From NCBI GenBank assembly GCA_031459625.1, contig JAVKIH010000015.1:1-55186 (forward strand): DNA of 55,186 nucleotides. Direction: 5' to 3'. Both the position numbers and the translations under genes were made by a program. The DNA is from Candidatus Geohabitans tengchongensis. Its GTDB lineage: Bacteria > Sysuimicrobiota > Sysuimicrobiia > Sysuimicrobiales > Humicultoraceae. Shown here piece by piece: positions 37,247 to 47,780 of this stretch. How positions within the stretch are numbered: position 1 is the first letter of the stretch; the number at the start of each line of letters is the position of its first letter. The notes beneath the pieces were generated by a model that saw nothing but the letters and a program-made list of their open reading frames with translations, was not told where the DNA came from and searched no databases.

Positions 37247-38521
37247 TCAGGCCGTGGCCAGCAGCCGGCCCAGCCGGCGGTTCACGGCCTTGAGCGTGGC
37301 CCGGATCACCGCGTCGGGGTGGTCGCGGTCGTAGGGAGCCGTGCCGACCAGGATCTCTTCGGCGCTCGGCGTGGCCAGCGCCAGGGCCACGCTCACCGCG
37401 TCCCCGGCCGGGAAGGCGGTGAAGGCGATCTCCTCGATGGCCAGGCGCCACCCCTCGGGGAGCAGCGCCGCCAGGGCGTTCACCGTGGCCTGCGCCATGG
37501 CACGCAGGGGCCCGTTGCCCACCGGGGCCCCTTCCGCTTCCCCGCGGAAGCGCTCGCCATCGCGCCCGAGCTCCACGGCGGCGGCGGCGCGGGCGGTTTC
37601 GACCGTGAGGTGCACGCCCAGCAGCCGCAGCCGCGTCACCTCCACCGGCGCGGGGGCTTCGGCCAGCCGCATCGCCTCCATCTCCCGGGCGTGCAGGATC
37701 CGGCGGTCGAGCTGCTTGGCGGCAGTCGAGGCCCGGCTGGCCAGCGTGATCAGGTCGTCGGCGGTGGCCGGCGGGTGGACCTCGGCCCGCTCGCCGGCCC
37801 GCCGGCCGCCGGCGAGGCCCACCGAGGCGGTGAGCCCGCGCACGCCGGCGACCTCGACGGCGGCGATGGCCTCGACCAGGCGCTCCGCCAGCGACTCGGC
37901 GGACTCCAGCCGGCGCGTGGTGACGATGGCGAACTCATCCCCGCCGTAGCGGGTCACGAGATCGGTGGCCGGGTCGGTCAGGCGGCGCAGCCGGTCGGCC
38001 ACCGCCACGATGCAGCGGTCGCCGACGACGTGCCCGTGCCGCTTGTTCACCAGGCGGAAGCCGTCCAGGTCGATGAAGCAGACGACGATCTCCTGCCCGG
38101 CCCGCAGCAGGTCGGCGGCGCGCTGCCGCAGCGTCCCCGGCCAGGGCAGGTCGGTGAGCGGGTCGGTGAGCTTGCCGAGTTCCTGCAGGACGTCGACGCG
38201 GGCGATGATGCCGACGAGCCGCCCGTCCTCCACGACCGGGAGGCGGCCCACCTGGCGTTCCTCCATGATCCGGTAGGCCGCGGTGACCGGCGCGTCGGGG
38301 CTCACCGTGGCCACGTCGGTGGTCATGATGTCCCCCACCAGGCGGTAGAGCGCCTGGCCCAGGAGGTCCCGCGGCGTGACGACCCCCACGACGGCGTCCC
38401 CCTCCACCACGGGCAGGCCCCCCACGCGGTGGCGCAGGATCGCCTGGATGGCGGCGGCCACGCTGGCGTCGGGGCGCAGCGTGATCACCTCACGCCGCAT
38501 GAGGTCGCGGACGGTCTTCAC
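37247..38521 (-). CDS. CBS-pair + GGDEF diguanylate cyclase with extra C-terminal domain
   Basis: Two CBS repeats; DPLTDL, FIDLDGFRLVNKRHGHVVGD, RYGGDEF. Confidence 0.88.
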   Translation of the reverse strand: MKTVRDLMRREVITLRPDASVAAAIQAILRHRVGGLPVVEGDAVVGVVTPRDLLGQALYRLVGDIMTTDVATVSPDAPVTAAYRIMEERQVGRLPVVEDGRLVGIIARVDVLQELGKLTDPLTDLPWPGTLRQRAADLLRAGQEIVVCFIDLDGFRLVNKRHGHVVGDRCIVAVADRLRRLTDPATDLVTRYGGDEFAIVTTRRLESAESLAERLVEAIAAVEVAGVRGLTASVGLAGGRRAGERAEVHPPATADDLITLASRASTAAKQLDRRILHAREMEAMRLAEAPAPVEVTRLRLLGVHLTVETARAAAAVELGRDGERFRGEAEGAPVGNGPLRAMAQATVNALAALLPEGWRLAIEEIAFTAFPAGDAVSVALALATPSAEEILVGTAPYDRDHPDAVIRATLKAVNRRLGRLLATA

Positions 38522-38617
38522 TTGTGCCCTCCGGGAAGGTGGCGTGCGTCCCCATCATAGGGCGGGGAGGGGCCGGGCAACATCCGTCGGTCGGGAGAGG
38601 CGGCGCCGATCCTGGGC

Positions 38618-39127
38618 TCAGGGCCGAGGCGGGCTTCCCGCAAAGGTCGCGCGAAGCTGCCGGTAGGTGACCTCGAGGTGGTCGGGGACCACCTTCACGG
38701 CGCCGAGCACGGGGAGGAAGTTCGTGTCCCCCTGCCAGCGCGGCACCACGTGGACGTGGAGGTGTCCCTCCAGCCCGGCCCCGGCCACCCGGCCCAGGTT
38801 GAGCCCGACGTTGAAGCCGTCCGGGTGCAGGGCCCGCCGCAGCGCCGCGATGCTCGCCCCCAGCGCGGCCATCAGGTCGGCCTGCTCCTCCCCGTCGAGC
38901 GCCTCCACCTCACCGACGTGGCGGTAGGGGGCCACCATCAGGTGGCCGGTGTTGTAGGGGAAGGTGTTCAGGACGACGAAGGTGCGGCGGCTGCGCCAGA
39001 CGACGAAGCGCGCGGCGTCGCCCTCCGGGGCCACCGCGGCCTCGCACAGGAAGCAGGTCTCCGCGCGCGGCGCCCGGACGTACGTCCCCCGCCAGGGGGC
39101 CCAGAGGACGTCCACGGGATCCGTCAC
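38618..39127 (-). CDS. HIT-family hydrolase (Ap4A phosphorylase-like)
   Basis: LWAPWR, CFLC, NTFPYNTGH, HLHVHVVPRW. Confidence 0.9.
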   Translation of the reverse strand: MTDPVDVLWAPWRGTYVRAPRAETCFLCEAAVAPEGDAARFVVWRSRRTFVVLNTFPYNTGHLMVAPYRHVGEVEALDGEEQADLMAALGASIAALRRALHPDGFNVGLNLGRVAGAGLEGHLHVHVVPRWQGDTNFLPVLGAVKVVPDHLEVTYRQLRATFAGSPPRP

Positions 39128-39945
39128 CGTCGCCGCCCGCGCAGGGGGCGGGCTTCCCGGTCGAGCCAGGCCAGCGCCTCGGCGGCCGCGGCCTGCTCCG
39201 CCTCCTTCTTGCTCCGCCCGTGGCCGCGGCCGATGACGCGCCCGTCCACCTGCACCTGGACGGTGAAGGCCTTGGCGTGGTCGGGGCCCTCCTCGCGGGC
39301 CACCCGGTAGCGGGGCACCAGGCGCTGCCGCTGCAGGCGCTCCTGGAGCTGGCTCTTGAAGTCCGCCCCGGCCCGCTCCAGCTCGTCGGTCAGCTCGCTC
39401 ACCCAACGCGTGGCCACGGCGTGGGCGACACCGTAGCCGGCGTCGACGTAGATCGCCCCGAGCACGCCCTCCACGGCGTCGGCCAGGAGGGCGGGCCGCT
39501 CCCGTCCGCCCGCCTTCTCCTCGCCGCGGCCGAGCAGCACGTACCGTCCGAGCCCCAGGCGCCGCCCCAGCTCGGCCAGGGCCGGCTCACTCACCAGGCG
39601 CGCCCGCTGCTTGGCCAGCTGCCCTTCGGTGTAGTCGGGATGGCGGCGGTACAGGTAGTCCGCCACGACCAGGCTCAGGACGGCGTCGCCCAGGAACTCC
39701 AGCCGCTCGTAGCTCTCCACCTCGCCGCGCTCGTGGGCGAAGGAGCCGTGGCGCAGCGCCAGGTCGAGGAGGGTGAGGTCGCGGAAGCGCACCCCCAGGC
39801 GCTCGGCCAGGGACGCGAGCTCGGCGCGGCGCGCTTCGCCCAGCGGCTCCGGGTCGGCAGCCTCCCCGAGCGGGACCGGCTCGGGCGCCACGGTCGGCGG
39901 GCGCGCGGGCGCCCGGGCGTGGCGGAGGCGGGACGGAGCGTCCAT
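39124..39945 (-). CDS. rnc: Ribonuclease III
   Basis: ERLEFLGDAVL signature; dsRBD SKKEAEQAAA. Confidence 0.95.
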   Translation of the reverse strand: MDAPSRLRHARAPARPPTVAPEPVPLGEAADPEPLGEARRAELASLAERLGVRFRDLTLLDLALRHGSFAHERGEVESYERLEFLGDAVLSLVVADYLYRRHPDYTEGQLAKQRARLVSEPALAELGRRLGLGRYVLLGRGEEKAGGRERPALLADAVEGVLGAIYVDAGYGVAHAVATRWVSELTDELERAGADFKSQLQERLQRQRLVPRYRVAREEGPDHAKAFTVQVQVDGRVIGRGHGRSKKEAEQAAAAEALAWLDREARPLRGRRR

Positions 39946-39948
39946 CGG

Positions 39949-41187
39949 TCAGGTCAGGCGGCGGACGATGAGGATGGCGTTGTGCCCTCCGAAGCCGAAC
40001 GCGTTGGACATGGCGACCTCCACCCGGGCCGGCCGGGCCCGGTTGGGGACGTAGTCGAGGTCGCACTCCGGGTCGGGGTGCTCGTAGTTGATGGTGGGCG
40101 GGATGACCCCGCGGTCGATGGCCAGCACGCAGGCGATGAACTCCACCCCGCCGGCGGCGCCCAGCAGGTGGCCGGTCATGGACTTGGTCGAGCTGACGGC
40201 CAGCCGGTAGGCGTGGTCGCCGAAGACGCGCCTGATGGCCAGTGTCTCGGTCTTGTCGTTGTAGGGGGTGCTGGTCCCGTGGGCGTTGATGTAGTCCACC
40301 TGCTCGGGGGCGAGCCCGGCGTCCTGGAGCGCGTTCCACATGCTGCGCGCCGCGCCGTCCGCCTCGGGGTCGGGCTGGGTGATGTGGTAGGCGTCGGCGC
40401 TCATGCCGTAGCCGACGAGCTCGGCGTAGATGCGCGCGCCGCGCCGCTCCGCCACCTCCAGCGCCTCCAGGACCACCACGCCGGCCCCCTCCCCCATGAC
40501 GAAGCCGTCGCGCGTGGCGTCGAAGGGGCGCACGGCCCGGGCGGGGTCGTCGTTCCGCGTGGACATGGCGCGCATGGCGCAGAACCCGGCCACGCTGAGG
40601 GGCGTGATGGCCGCCTCGGTGCCCCCGGCGATCATGGCGTCGGCCTCACCCCGCTGGATCACGCGCATGGCGTCCCCGATGGCGTTCCCCCCGGTGGCGC
40701 AGGCGGTGACGACGCAACTGTTCGGCCCCTTGGCCCCGGTGAGGATGGAGGTGATCCCCGAGGCCATGTTCATGATGATCATGGGGATGAAGAAGGGGCT
40801 GATCCGGTCGGGGCCGCGGGTCTGCAGGATGTGGTGCTGCTCCTCCCAGGTGATGGCCCCGCCGATGCCGGAGCCGATCATTACCCCCACGCGGGTGGCG
40901 TTCTGGGGCGTGATCACGAGCCCCGCGTCCTCCAGGGCCATGCGGGCGGCGGCGTAGCCGAACTGCACGAAGCGGTCGTTGCGCCGCGCCTCCTTGCGGT
41001 CCATGAAGTCGGTGGGGTCGAAGTCCACCACCTCGGCCGCGATCTGCGTGGGCAGCCCCGTGGGGTCGAAGCGGGAGATGCGGCGCACGCCCGGGCGGCC
41101 CTCCACGAGCGCTCCCCAGAACCGCTCCAGCCCGGTCCCCACCGGGCTCACCACCCCCAGGCCGGTCACCACGACGCGTCGGCGCAT
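39949..41187 (-). CDS. fabF: 3-oxoacyl-ACP synthase II
   Basis: [29 protein letters not shown]. Confidence 0.95.
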   Translation of the reverse strand: MRRRVVVTGLGVVSPVGTGLERFWGALVEGRPGVRRISRFDPTGLPTQIAAEVVDFDPTDFMDRKEARRNDRFVQFGYAAARMALEDAGLVITPQNATRVGVMIGSGIGGAITWEEQHHILQTRGPDRISPFFIPMIIMNMASGITSILTGAKGPNSCVVTACATGGNAIGDAMRVIQRGEADAMIAGGTEAAITPLSVAGFCAMRAMSTRNDDPARAVRPFDATRDGFVMGEGAGVVVLEALEVAERRGARIYAELVGYGMSADAYHITQPDPEADGAARSMWNALQDAGLAPEQVDYINAHGTSTPYNDKTETLAIRRVFGDHAYRLAVSSTKSMTGHLLGAAGGVEFIACVLAIDRGVIPPTINYEHPDPECDLDYVPNRARPARVEVAMSNAFGFGGHNAILIVRRLT

Positions 41188-41223
41188 GCTCCGCTCTCCC
41201 GTCCTGAGGGCCCGACCGTCCCG

Positions 41224-41532
41224 CTACGAGGGGCGCTCCGGCTGCGCTTTGGTGGCGGGCTCCCCGCCCTCCTCGACCTCCAGGGGCTTGCCCGCGGCCA
41301 GCAGGTGCTCCTCGATGTAGCGCACCGCCTCGCCGACGGTGGCGATCTTCTCGGCGTCCTCGTCGGGGATCTCCGTCTCGAACTCCTCCTCCAGGGCCAT
41401 GACCAGCTCGACGACGTCGAGGGAGTCCGCGCCCAGGTCGTCGACGAAGGACGCCTCCGGCGTGACCTCGTTGGGGTCCACGCCCAGCTGGTCCACGACG
41501 ATGCTCTTCACACGGTCGAAGACGGTTGCCAT
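41224..41532 (-). CDS. acpP: Acyl carrier protein with C-terminal extension
   Basis: [15 protein letters not shown]. Confidence 0.95.
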   Translation of the reverse strand: MATVFDRVKSIVVDQLGVDPNEVTPEASFVDDLGADSLDVVELVMALEEEFETEIPDEDAEKIATVGEAVRYIEEHLLAAGKPLEVEEGGEPATKAQPERPS

Positions 41533-41601
41533 CCCCTCTCGCCCCCCTTTGGTCGCGTGCCGTGGTCGGTGCCCGGACGGGCGGTGCGCCCGCGGGCGCC
41601 C

Positions 41602-42357
41602 TCAGCGCATCACCAGCCCGCCGTCCACGTTGAGGACGTGCCCGGTGATGTAGGCGGCGTCGTCCGACGCCAGGAAGGCCACCGCGGCGGCCACCTCGGC
41701 CGCGGTCCCCAGGCGTCCCAGCGGGATCTGGTCGAGGAAGCGCCGCACCTGCTCGGGACCGAGCGCCTCGGTCAGGCCCACGTCGATGAGCCCCGGCGCC
41801 ACCGCGTTCACCGTGATCCCGCGGGAGGCCACCTCGCGCGCCGTGGCTTTGGTCAGCCCGATCAGTCCGGCCTTCGCCGCCGCGTAGTTGGCCTGGCCCG
41901 CGTTGCCGATCTGGCCGGCGATCGAGACGACGTTGATGATCCGGCCGCTGCGCTGGCGCACCATCGGCCGCAGCACTGCCCGGATGCACCGGAACGCCGC
42001 CCCCAGGTTGGTCTCCAGGACGGCGTCCCAGTCCTCGTCCTTCATCCGCAGGATTAAGGTATCACGGGCGATGCCGGCGTTGTTCACGAGGATGTGCAGC
42101 CCGTCCCCCCACGCCTGCACCGCCTCCACCAGCCGCCCGGGCGTGGCCGGGTCGGTCAGGTCGCCGCCCAGCGCCACGGCGCGGCCGCCGCGCTCGCCGA
42201 TGGCCTGGACCACCGCCTCGGCAGCCTCGCGCCGGCGGCCGTAGTGTACCCCCACGGCCGCGCCCTGGCGGGCCAGCTCCAGCGCGATGGCCCGCCCCAG
42301 GCCGCCCGAGGCCCCGGTGACCAGCGCCACCCGCCCGGCCAGCCGCGCCTCAGCCAT
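41602..42357 (-). CDS. fabG: 3-oxoacyl-ACP reductase
   Basis: TGASGGLG, NNAG, GQANYAAAK. Confidence 0.93.
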   Translation of the reverse strand: MAEARLAGRVALVTGASGGLGRAIALELARQGAAVGVHYGRRREAAEAVVQAIGERGGRAVALGGDLTDPATPGRLVEAVQAWGDGLHILVNNAGIARDTLILRMKDEDWDAVLETNLGAAFRCIRAVLRPMVRQRSGRIINVVSIAGQIGNAGQANYAAAKAGLIGLTKATAREVASRGITVNAVAPGLIDVGLTEALGPEQVRRFLDQIPLGRLGTAAEVAAAVAFLASDDAAYITGHVLNVDGGLVMR

Positions 42358-43318
42358 CGCCGGGGCCGGCGGCGGCGCTGCGCGCGGGGGCGGCGCGGCC
42401 CAGCGCCGCCAGCGTGCGCTCCAGCGTGCCCAGGTCCTCCACGTTCAGCACCGCCACCCCCAGGGTCTTGCGCACCAGCCCAGCCAGCGTGGTCCCCGGC
42501 CCCACTTCGATGAAGGTACGCGCGCCCAGGTGCGCCAGCGCCTGCATCGTCGCCTCCCACTGCACCGGCGAGGCCACCTGGGCGATCAGGGCGCGCCGGA
42601 TCTCCTCGGCGCGCTGCCGGGGCCGCCCGTCGACGTTGGCCACCACGGGGATGCGGGCGTCGCGGAGCGGGACCTGCTCCAGCACGCTGGCCAGCCGCTC
42701 CGCGGCGGGCGCCATCAGGCTGGTGTGGAAGGGAGCGCTGACGGCCAGCAGCACGGCCCGCCGGGCCCCGGCGGCACGCGCCGCCGCCACCACCGCGCGC
42801 ACCGCGGCGGCGTCGCCGCCGACCACCACCTGCCCCGCCCCGTTGAAGTTGGCCGGCTCGACCACGCCGTGGGCGGCGTGGGCGCGGCACAGCGCCAGCA
42901 CCGCCTCGGCCTCGAGCCCGATGAGGGCGGCCATGGCCGTCTCGCGCCCCGCCGCCGCCTCCTGCATGAACCGGCCGCGCTGCCGCACCAGCGCCACCGC
43001 GTCCTCGTAGGCCAGCGCCCCGGCGGCCACCAGCGCCGAGTACTCGCCCAGGCTGAGCCCCGCCGCCAGGTCGGGGGAGACGCCGTGGTCGGCCAGCGCC
43101 GCCGCGCAGGCGCAGCTGGCCGCCAGGATGGCCGGCTGGGTGTTCTCGGTGGCGCGCAGCGCCTCCTCGGGCCCTTCCGCACAGAGCGCCAGCAGGTCGA
43201 AGCCCAGCACCGCGCTGGCGCGCGTGAAGCACGCGGCGGCCGACGGCGATGCCGCGGCGATCTCCACGCCCATGCCGACATACTGGGCGCCCTGGCCCGG
43301 GAAGAGGAAGGCCAGCAT
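42350..43318 (-). CDS. fabD: Malonyl-CoA:ACP transacylase
   Basis: FPGQG, GLSLGEY, VSAPFH. Confidence 0.93.
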   Translation of the reverse strand: MLAFLFPGQGAQYVGMGVEIAAASPSAAACFTRASAVLGFDLLALCAEGPEEALRATENTQPAILAASCACAAALADHGVSPDLAAGLSLGEYSALVAAGALAYEDAVALVRQRGRFMQEAAAGRETAMAALIGLEAEAVLALCRAHAAHGVVEPANFNGAGQVVVGGDAAAVRAVVAAARAAGARRAVLLAVSAPFHTSLMAPAAERLASVLEQVPLRDARIPVVANVDGRPRQRAEEIRRALIAQVASPVQWEATMQALAHLGARTFIEVGPGTTLAGLVRKTLGVAVLNVEDLGTLERTLAALGRAAPARSAAAGPGDG

Positions 43319-44340
43319 TACTCTGCGCGTCTGGCCGTCGCCCGCTCCCGGGTCCAGCGCACCGCGCACGACCCCCAGGTCAGCCCGCCCCCGAAGGCCA
43401 GGAGGATGAGGAGGTCGCCCCGGTCGAGGTACCCGCCGCGCCAGGCCTCGTAGAGCGCCACCGGCACCGAGGCGGACGAGGTGTTGCCGTAGCGCTCGAC
43501 GTTCACGAAGAACTTCTCGCGCGGCTGCCCCAGCCGCTCCGCCGCGGCGTCGATGATGCGGATGTTGGCCTGGTGGGGGATGAACCAGTCCACCGCCTCC
43601 AGCGGCACCCCGGCGCGCTCGGCCGCCTCCCGGATGGCCCGCGGGATCACCCGCACGGCGAACTTGTAGACCTCGCGGCCGTTCATGTGGATGTAGTGCA
43701 GCTGGCGCTCCACGGTCTCGAAGGAGGCCGGCAGCCGCGAGCCCCCCGCCGGCAGGCTGATGAGGGGCCCGCCGCGGCCGTCCGCCCCGAGCACGAAGGA
43801 GAGGAACCCTTCCCCCGCCGGCGCCGGGCGGAGCACGGCGGCGCCGGCCGAGTCCCCGAAGAGGACACAGGTGGCGCGGTCGCGCCAGTTGGTGATCCTG
43901 GAGAGGGTCTCCGCCCCCACGACCAGCACCGTCTCGGCCATCCCCGCGGCGATGGTGGCGTGGGCCATGGCGCAGCCGTACACCCAGGAGCTGCAGGCGG
44001 CGGAGGCGTCGAAGGCCGCGGCCCGGCGGGCCCCCAGGCGGTCCTGGAGCAGGCAGGCGGTGGCGGGGAAGATCATGTCCGGCGTGGCCGTCCCCACAAT
44101 GATCAGGTCGAGCGCGTCGGCGCTGACGCCGGCGTCGGCCAGCGCCTCCACCGCGGCCTCGTAGGCCAGGTCACTGGTGGCCACCCCGTCGGGGACGACG
44201 CGGCGCTCGCGGATGCCGGTGCGGGTGACGATCCACTCGTCCGTCGTGTCCACCAGCCGCTCCAGGTCGGCGTTGGTGACCACGCGCGGGGGGACGGCCC
44301 GCCCCAGCCCCACGATGGTGGAGCCGCGGAGAGCGGTCAC
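43318..44340 (-). CDS. fabH: 3-oxoacyl-ACP synthase III
   Basis: RTGIRERR, AAC, PHQAN, GNTSSAS, FGGG. Confidence 0.94.
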   Translation of the reverse strand: MTALRGSTIVGLGRAVPPRVVTNADLERLVDTTDEWIVTRTGIRERRVVPDGVATSDLAYEAAVEALADAGVSADALDLIIVGTATPDMIFPATACLLQDRLGARRAAAFDASAACSSWVYGCAMAHATIAAGMAETVLVVGAETLSRITNWRDRATCVLFGDSAGAAVLRPAPAGEGFLSFVLGADGRGGPLISLPAGGSRLPASFETVERQLHYIHMNGREVYKFAVRVIPRAIREAAERAGVPLEAVDWFIPHQANIRIIDAAAERLGQPREKFFVNVERYGNTSSASVPVALYEAWRGGYLDRGDLLILLAFGGGLTWGSCAVRWTRERATARRAE

Positions 44341-45398
44341 GCGCCCTCCCCCACGCCCGCCGACGGCGCTTCCGCCGCGCCGGCCAGCACGGAGGTGCGG
44401 GCGTCGAGCGCGGCCATCTCGGCGGCGATGGGCTCGACCACCCGGCGGGCCGCCGCGTCCGCGGCCACCCGGATGGCGTTGCGGATGGCCCAGGCGTTGC
44501 TGCGCCCGTGGGCGATGATGACGACGCCGTTCACCCCCAGCAGCGGCGCCCCGCCGTACTCGCGGTAGTCCAGCTTGCGCCACAGCGCCATGCCGCGCCG
44601 TTTGAGCGGGGCCAGGTAGAGGGCCAGCAGGCGCCCGGGAGTGCCGCGCAGCTCGTCGCGCAGGAGCTGGCGCAGCGCCAGCGCCAGCCCCTCCCCGAAC
44701 TTCAGCACGACGTTGCCGACGAAGCCGTCGCAGACCACGACGTCGGCCTGCCCGGTGAAGAAGTCGCGCCCCTCCACGTTCCCGACGAAGTGGAGCCCGG
44801 AGGCGCGCAGGAGCTCGGCGGTGCGGATGGTCAGGTCGTTGCCCTTCGTCGCCTCCTCCCCGTTGCTCAACAACCCCACCCGGGGCGTGCTCACCCCGAG
44901 CACGCGGCGGGCGTACACGCTGCCCATGAGGGCGAACTGGAGGAGGTGCTTGGGCTTGCAGTCGACGTTGGCGCCGACGTCGAGGAGGATGACCGGGGTC
45001 TTCTGTGCCGTGGGGAGGATGGCGGCGATGGCCGGTCGGTCGATGCCGGGGATGCGGCCGAGGGTGAGCAGCGCCGCCCCCATGGCCGCGCCGGTGTTGC
45101 CGGCGCTCACGGCGGCGTCCGCCCGGCCGTCGCGCACCTGCTCCAGCGTGACGACGACGGAGGCGCGGCGCTTGCGGCGCAGCGCCATCGCCGGCGCCTC
45201 GGACATCTCGATGACCTCGGGGGCGTCGACGACGGTGAGCGGCAGCCCCGCCCCGTGGCTGCGCACCAACGGCTCCAGCCGGTCGCGCGGGCCGACCAGG
45301 AGGATCTCGATCCCCAGCGTGCGCGCCGCCGCGGCGGCCCCGGCGACGACCTCCTCGGGGGCGTAGTCCCCGCCCATGCCGTCGACGGCGACGCGCAC
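44337..45398 (-). CDS. plsX: Phosphate acyltransferase
   Basis: DGMGGDYAP, SAGNTGA, DGFVGN, GGAPLLG. Confidence 0.95.
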   Translation of the reverse strand: MRVAVDGMGGDYAPEEVVAGAAAAARTLGIEILLVGPRDRLEPLVRSHGAGLPLTVVDAPEVIEMSEAPAMALRRKRRASVVVTLEQVRDGRADAAVSAGNTGAAMGAALLTLGRIPGIDRPAIAAILPTAQKTPVILLDVGANVDCKPKHLLQFALMGSVYARRVLGVSTPRVGLLSNGEEATKGNDLTIRTAELLRASGLHFVGNVEGRDFFTGQADVVVCDGFVGNVVLKFGEGLALALRQLLRDELRGTPGRLLALYLAPLKRRGMALWRKLDYREYGGAPLLGVNGVVIIAHGRSNAWAIRNAIRVAADAAARRVVEPIAAEMAALDARTSVLAGAAEAPSAGVGEGA

Positions 45399-45404
45399 CC
45401 GGCC

Positions 45405-45590
45405 CTACGCCTCCTCCTCGACCTGCACCACCTGGCGGCCAGCGTACCGGCCACAGTGGGGACAGGCGCGGTGGGGCACCATGGGCTGGTGACAGTGGGG
45501 GCAGGGCACCAGCGTCACCCGGGGCGCCCGCCACTGGCTACGCCGCCGCGCCGACCGGGCTTTGGAGTGCCGTCGCTTCTGGATGCCCAT
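45405..45590 (-). CDS. rpmF: 50S ribosomal protein L32 (Zn-ribbon form)
   Basis: KRRHSKAR..CPHC..PHRACPHCGRY. Confidence 0.93.
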   Translation of the reverse strand: MGIQKRRHSKARSARRRSQWRAPRVTLVPCPHCHQPMVPHRACPHCGRYAGRQVVQVEEEA

Positions 45591-45626
45591 CGGGTATCCG
45601 CTCCTCCCGCGCCCGGCGTCGTCGCC

Positions 45627-46136
45627 TCAGACCTTCAGGTGACGGAGCGGCGCCAGCCGCGGGTCGGGCGCCGTCTCACCGCAGGCGCAGGGCTCCGTGT
45701 TGCGGTCGGCCCCGCAGACCGGACAGAGGCCCCGGCACGCCTCCCGGCAGGTGACGACCATGGGGACGGCCAGGAGCAGGTGCTCCCGCACGAGCGCGCT
45801 CAGGTCCAGGACGCCGTCCGGCAGCGTCAGGACGAAATCCTCCGCGCCGAGCGCCCGCCGCGTCCCCGAGGCCGGCACCTCCGGGCCGGCGCGCACCGCC
45901 TCCTCGAAGGTGGCCACGAGGCGGTAGCGCACCGGGCGGAGGCAGCGGTCGCAGGTCAGCCCGGCTACGGTGGTGGCGCGGCCGGTCAGGCGGACCAGCG
46001 CCCCGGCGCGCGCCAGGCGCACCTCGCCGACGACGTCGGTGAGGAAGGGGATCTCCGTCTCACTCTGGAGCGCCTCGGCGAAGGGCACGGTCCGGGGCCC
46101 CTCCTCGAGCGCCAGCCGGGTCAGATCGATCTTCAT
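45627..46136 (-). CDS. YceD/DUF177 protein
   Basis: CDRCL, CRGLCPVCG, DPRLAPL; upstream of rpmF; TTGTGG-N17-TATAAT at 46175-46203. Confidence 0.9.
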   Translation of the reverse strand: MKIDLTRLALEEGPRTVPFAEALQSETEIPFLTDVVGEVRLARAGALVRLTGRATTVAGLTCDRCLRPVRYRLVATFEEAVRAGPEVPASGTRRALGAEDFVLTLPDGVLDLSALVREHLLLAVPMVVTCREACRGLCPVCGADRNTEPCACGETAPDPRLAPLRHLKV

Positions 46137-46222
46137 CGGCCTGGGATCCCTACCTGAATCGGCAAATCTTTTCCATTATAACCACCCCTCCCGAGCCCCA
46201 CAACCGGAGGGTCTGTCGCGGA

Positions 46223-46672
46223 CTACTCGGATCGGCGCAGGGCGGCGCGGCCGCGCTGGATTGTCCCGAGGATGCGCAGGACCTGCTCTTCCAGGTCGGC
46301 CAGGACCCCGGCCGCATAGGCGTCGGCGCCCGTGCGGATGCGGGCCGCCTCCGCTTCCGCCTCGGCCAGCAGGTGGGCGCGGGCCTGCTCCGCCTCCGCC
46401 AGCACCGCGCTCTCCTCCACCAGGCGCCGGGCGTGGCGCTCCGCCTCCAGCACGATGCGGCGCGCTTCGTCGGCGGCCCGCCGGTGCAGCTCCTCCGCCT
46501 CCTGGCGCAGGCGCTGCGCCCGGTGCAGCTCCTGGGGGAGCTGGGCGCGGATCATCCGCAGGATCCCCAGGGCCTCGCGCTCGTCGATCACCTTCTTGTC
46601 GGTGAGCGGCACGTGGCCCCCCCGGGTGAGGATCGCCTCCAGCCGGTCGAGCAGGGCCAGGATGGTGTCCAT
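46223..46672 (-). CDS. Conserved coiled-coil protein downstream of coaD
   Basis: LLDRLE..VPLTDKKVID..LPQEL..GADAYA. Confidence 0.75.
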   Translation of the reverse strand: MDTILALLDRLEAILTRGGHVPLTDKKVIDEREALGILRMIRAQLPQELHRAQRLRQEAEELHRRAADEARRIVLEAERHARRLVEESAVLAEAEQARAHLLAEAEAEAARIRTGADAYAAGVLADLEEQVLRILGTIQRGRAALRRSE

Positions 46673-47169
46673 CACCGCCGCGCCGCGGCCAGGGCGCCGG
46701 CCACCGCCGGCGGAACGAAGGCGGAGACGTCGCCGCCCAGGCGCGCCACCTCCCGGATGAGGGTCGAGCTGATCTGGGCGTAGGCCGGCGTGGTCATGAA
46801 GAAGACGGTGTCGAGCCCGGCGAGGTGGCGGTTCATCACCGCCTGGCGCAGCTCGTGCTCGACGTCCTCCACCCCCCGCAGCCCCTTCACCAGCAGCGTC
46901 GCCCCCGCGGCGCGGGCCGCCTCCACGGTCAGCCCCTCGTAGGCGCGCACCTCCACGCGGCGCAGCGCCGGCTCCGCCGCCACCAGCGCCGCCACCGCCT
47001 CCTGCAGCAGCCGCACCCGCACCTCCACGTCGAAGAGGGGAGCGGCCTTGTGGGTCTCGCGGGCGACCCCCACGACCACCCGCTCGAAGACGGCGGCGGC
47101 CCGGCGGATCACGTCGAGGTGGCCGTAGTGCACCGGGTCGAAACTCCCCGGGTAGAGGACGGTGGTCAT
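46672..47169 (-). CDS. coaD: Pantetheine-phosphate adenylyltransferase
   Basis: YPGSFDPVHYGHLD, KGLR, ISSTLIRE. Confidence 0.93.
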   Translation of the reverse strand: MTTVLYPGSFDPVHYGHLDVIRRAAAVFERVVVGVARETHKAAPLFDVEVRVRLLQEAVAALVAAEPALRRVEVRAYEGLTVEAARAAGATLLVKGLRGVEDVEHELRQAVMNRHLAGLDTVFFMTTPAYAQISSTLIREVARLGGDVSAFVPPAVAGALAAARR

Positions 47170-47777
47170 GCCCTCCCCTCCTCGGCGTCGTCCGCCGCCT
47201 GGGTGAAGAACCACAGCCCGGTCTCGCCGTAGCGGGCTTCGCGCACCAGCCGCCACCCCGGCGGGGTGCGCGGAGTCTCGCGCCAGTGCCCCTCCGCCAC
47301 CACCCGCCCGCCCGGACGCAGCAGCGGCCCGGCGGCCAGCGCATCGAGCGTGGCCTGGAGGGCGCCGGTCCCGTAGGGCGGGTCGAGCAGGATCAGGTCG
47401 AACGCCCGCCCGGCGGCGGCCAGCCGCCCCAGGGCGGCGGCCACGTCGGCCCGCCACACCTCCACCGCCGCCTCAGGGAAGGCGCGCGCCGCCGCGCGGA
47501 TCTGATCGGCCAATCGCGCGTCCCGCTCGACGAAGACGGCGGACGCCGCGCCGCGGCGGAGGGCCTCCAGGCCGAGGGCGCCCGTGCCGGCGAAGAGGTC
47601 GAGGACATCAGCCCCCACCGTGCGCGCCCCCAGGCTGTTGAAGAGCGCCTCCCGCACCCGCGCCGCGGTCGGACGCACGCCCGCTGACCCGCGGCCCGTC
47701 CGGCGCCCGCCTGGCGCGCCGCCCCGGGCGCCCGGCAGCGCCCGCCGACCGCCCGGCGACCCGCGGCGACCTCTCAC
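47166..47777 (-). CDS. rsmD: 16S rRNA m2G966 methyltransferase
   Basis: RPT..VREALFN, LDLFAGTGALGLEA, DPPY. Confidence 0.9.
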   Translation of the reverse strand: MRGRRGSPGGRRALPGARGGAPGGRRTGRGSAGVRPTAARVREALFNSLGARTVGADVLDLFAGTGALGLEALRRGAASAVFVERDARLADQIRAAARAFPEAAVEVWRADVAAALGRLAAAGRAFDLILLDPPYGTGALQATLDALAAGPLLRPGGRVVAEGHWRETPRTPPGWRLVREARYGETGLWFFTQAADDAEEGRA

Positions 47778-47780
47778 CGC

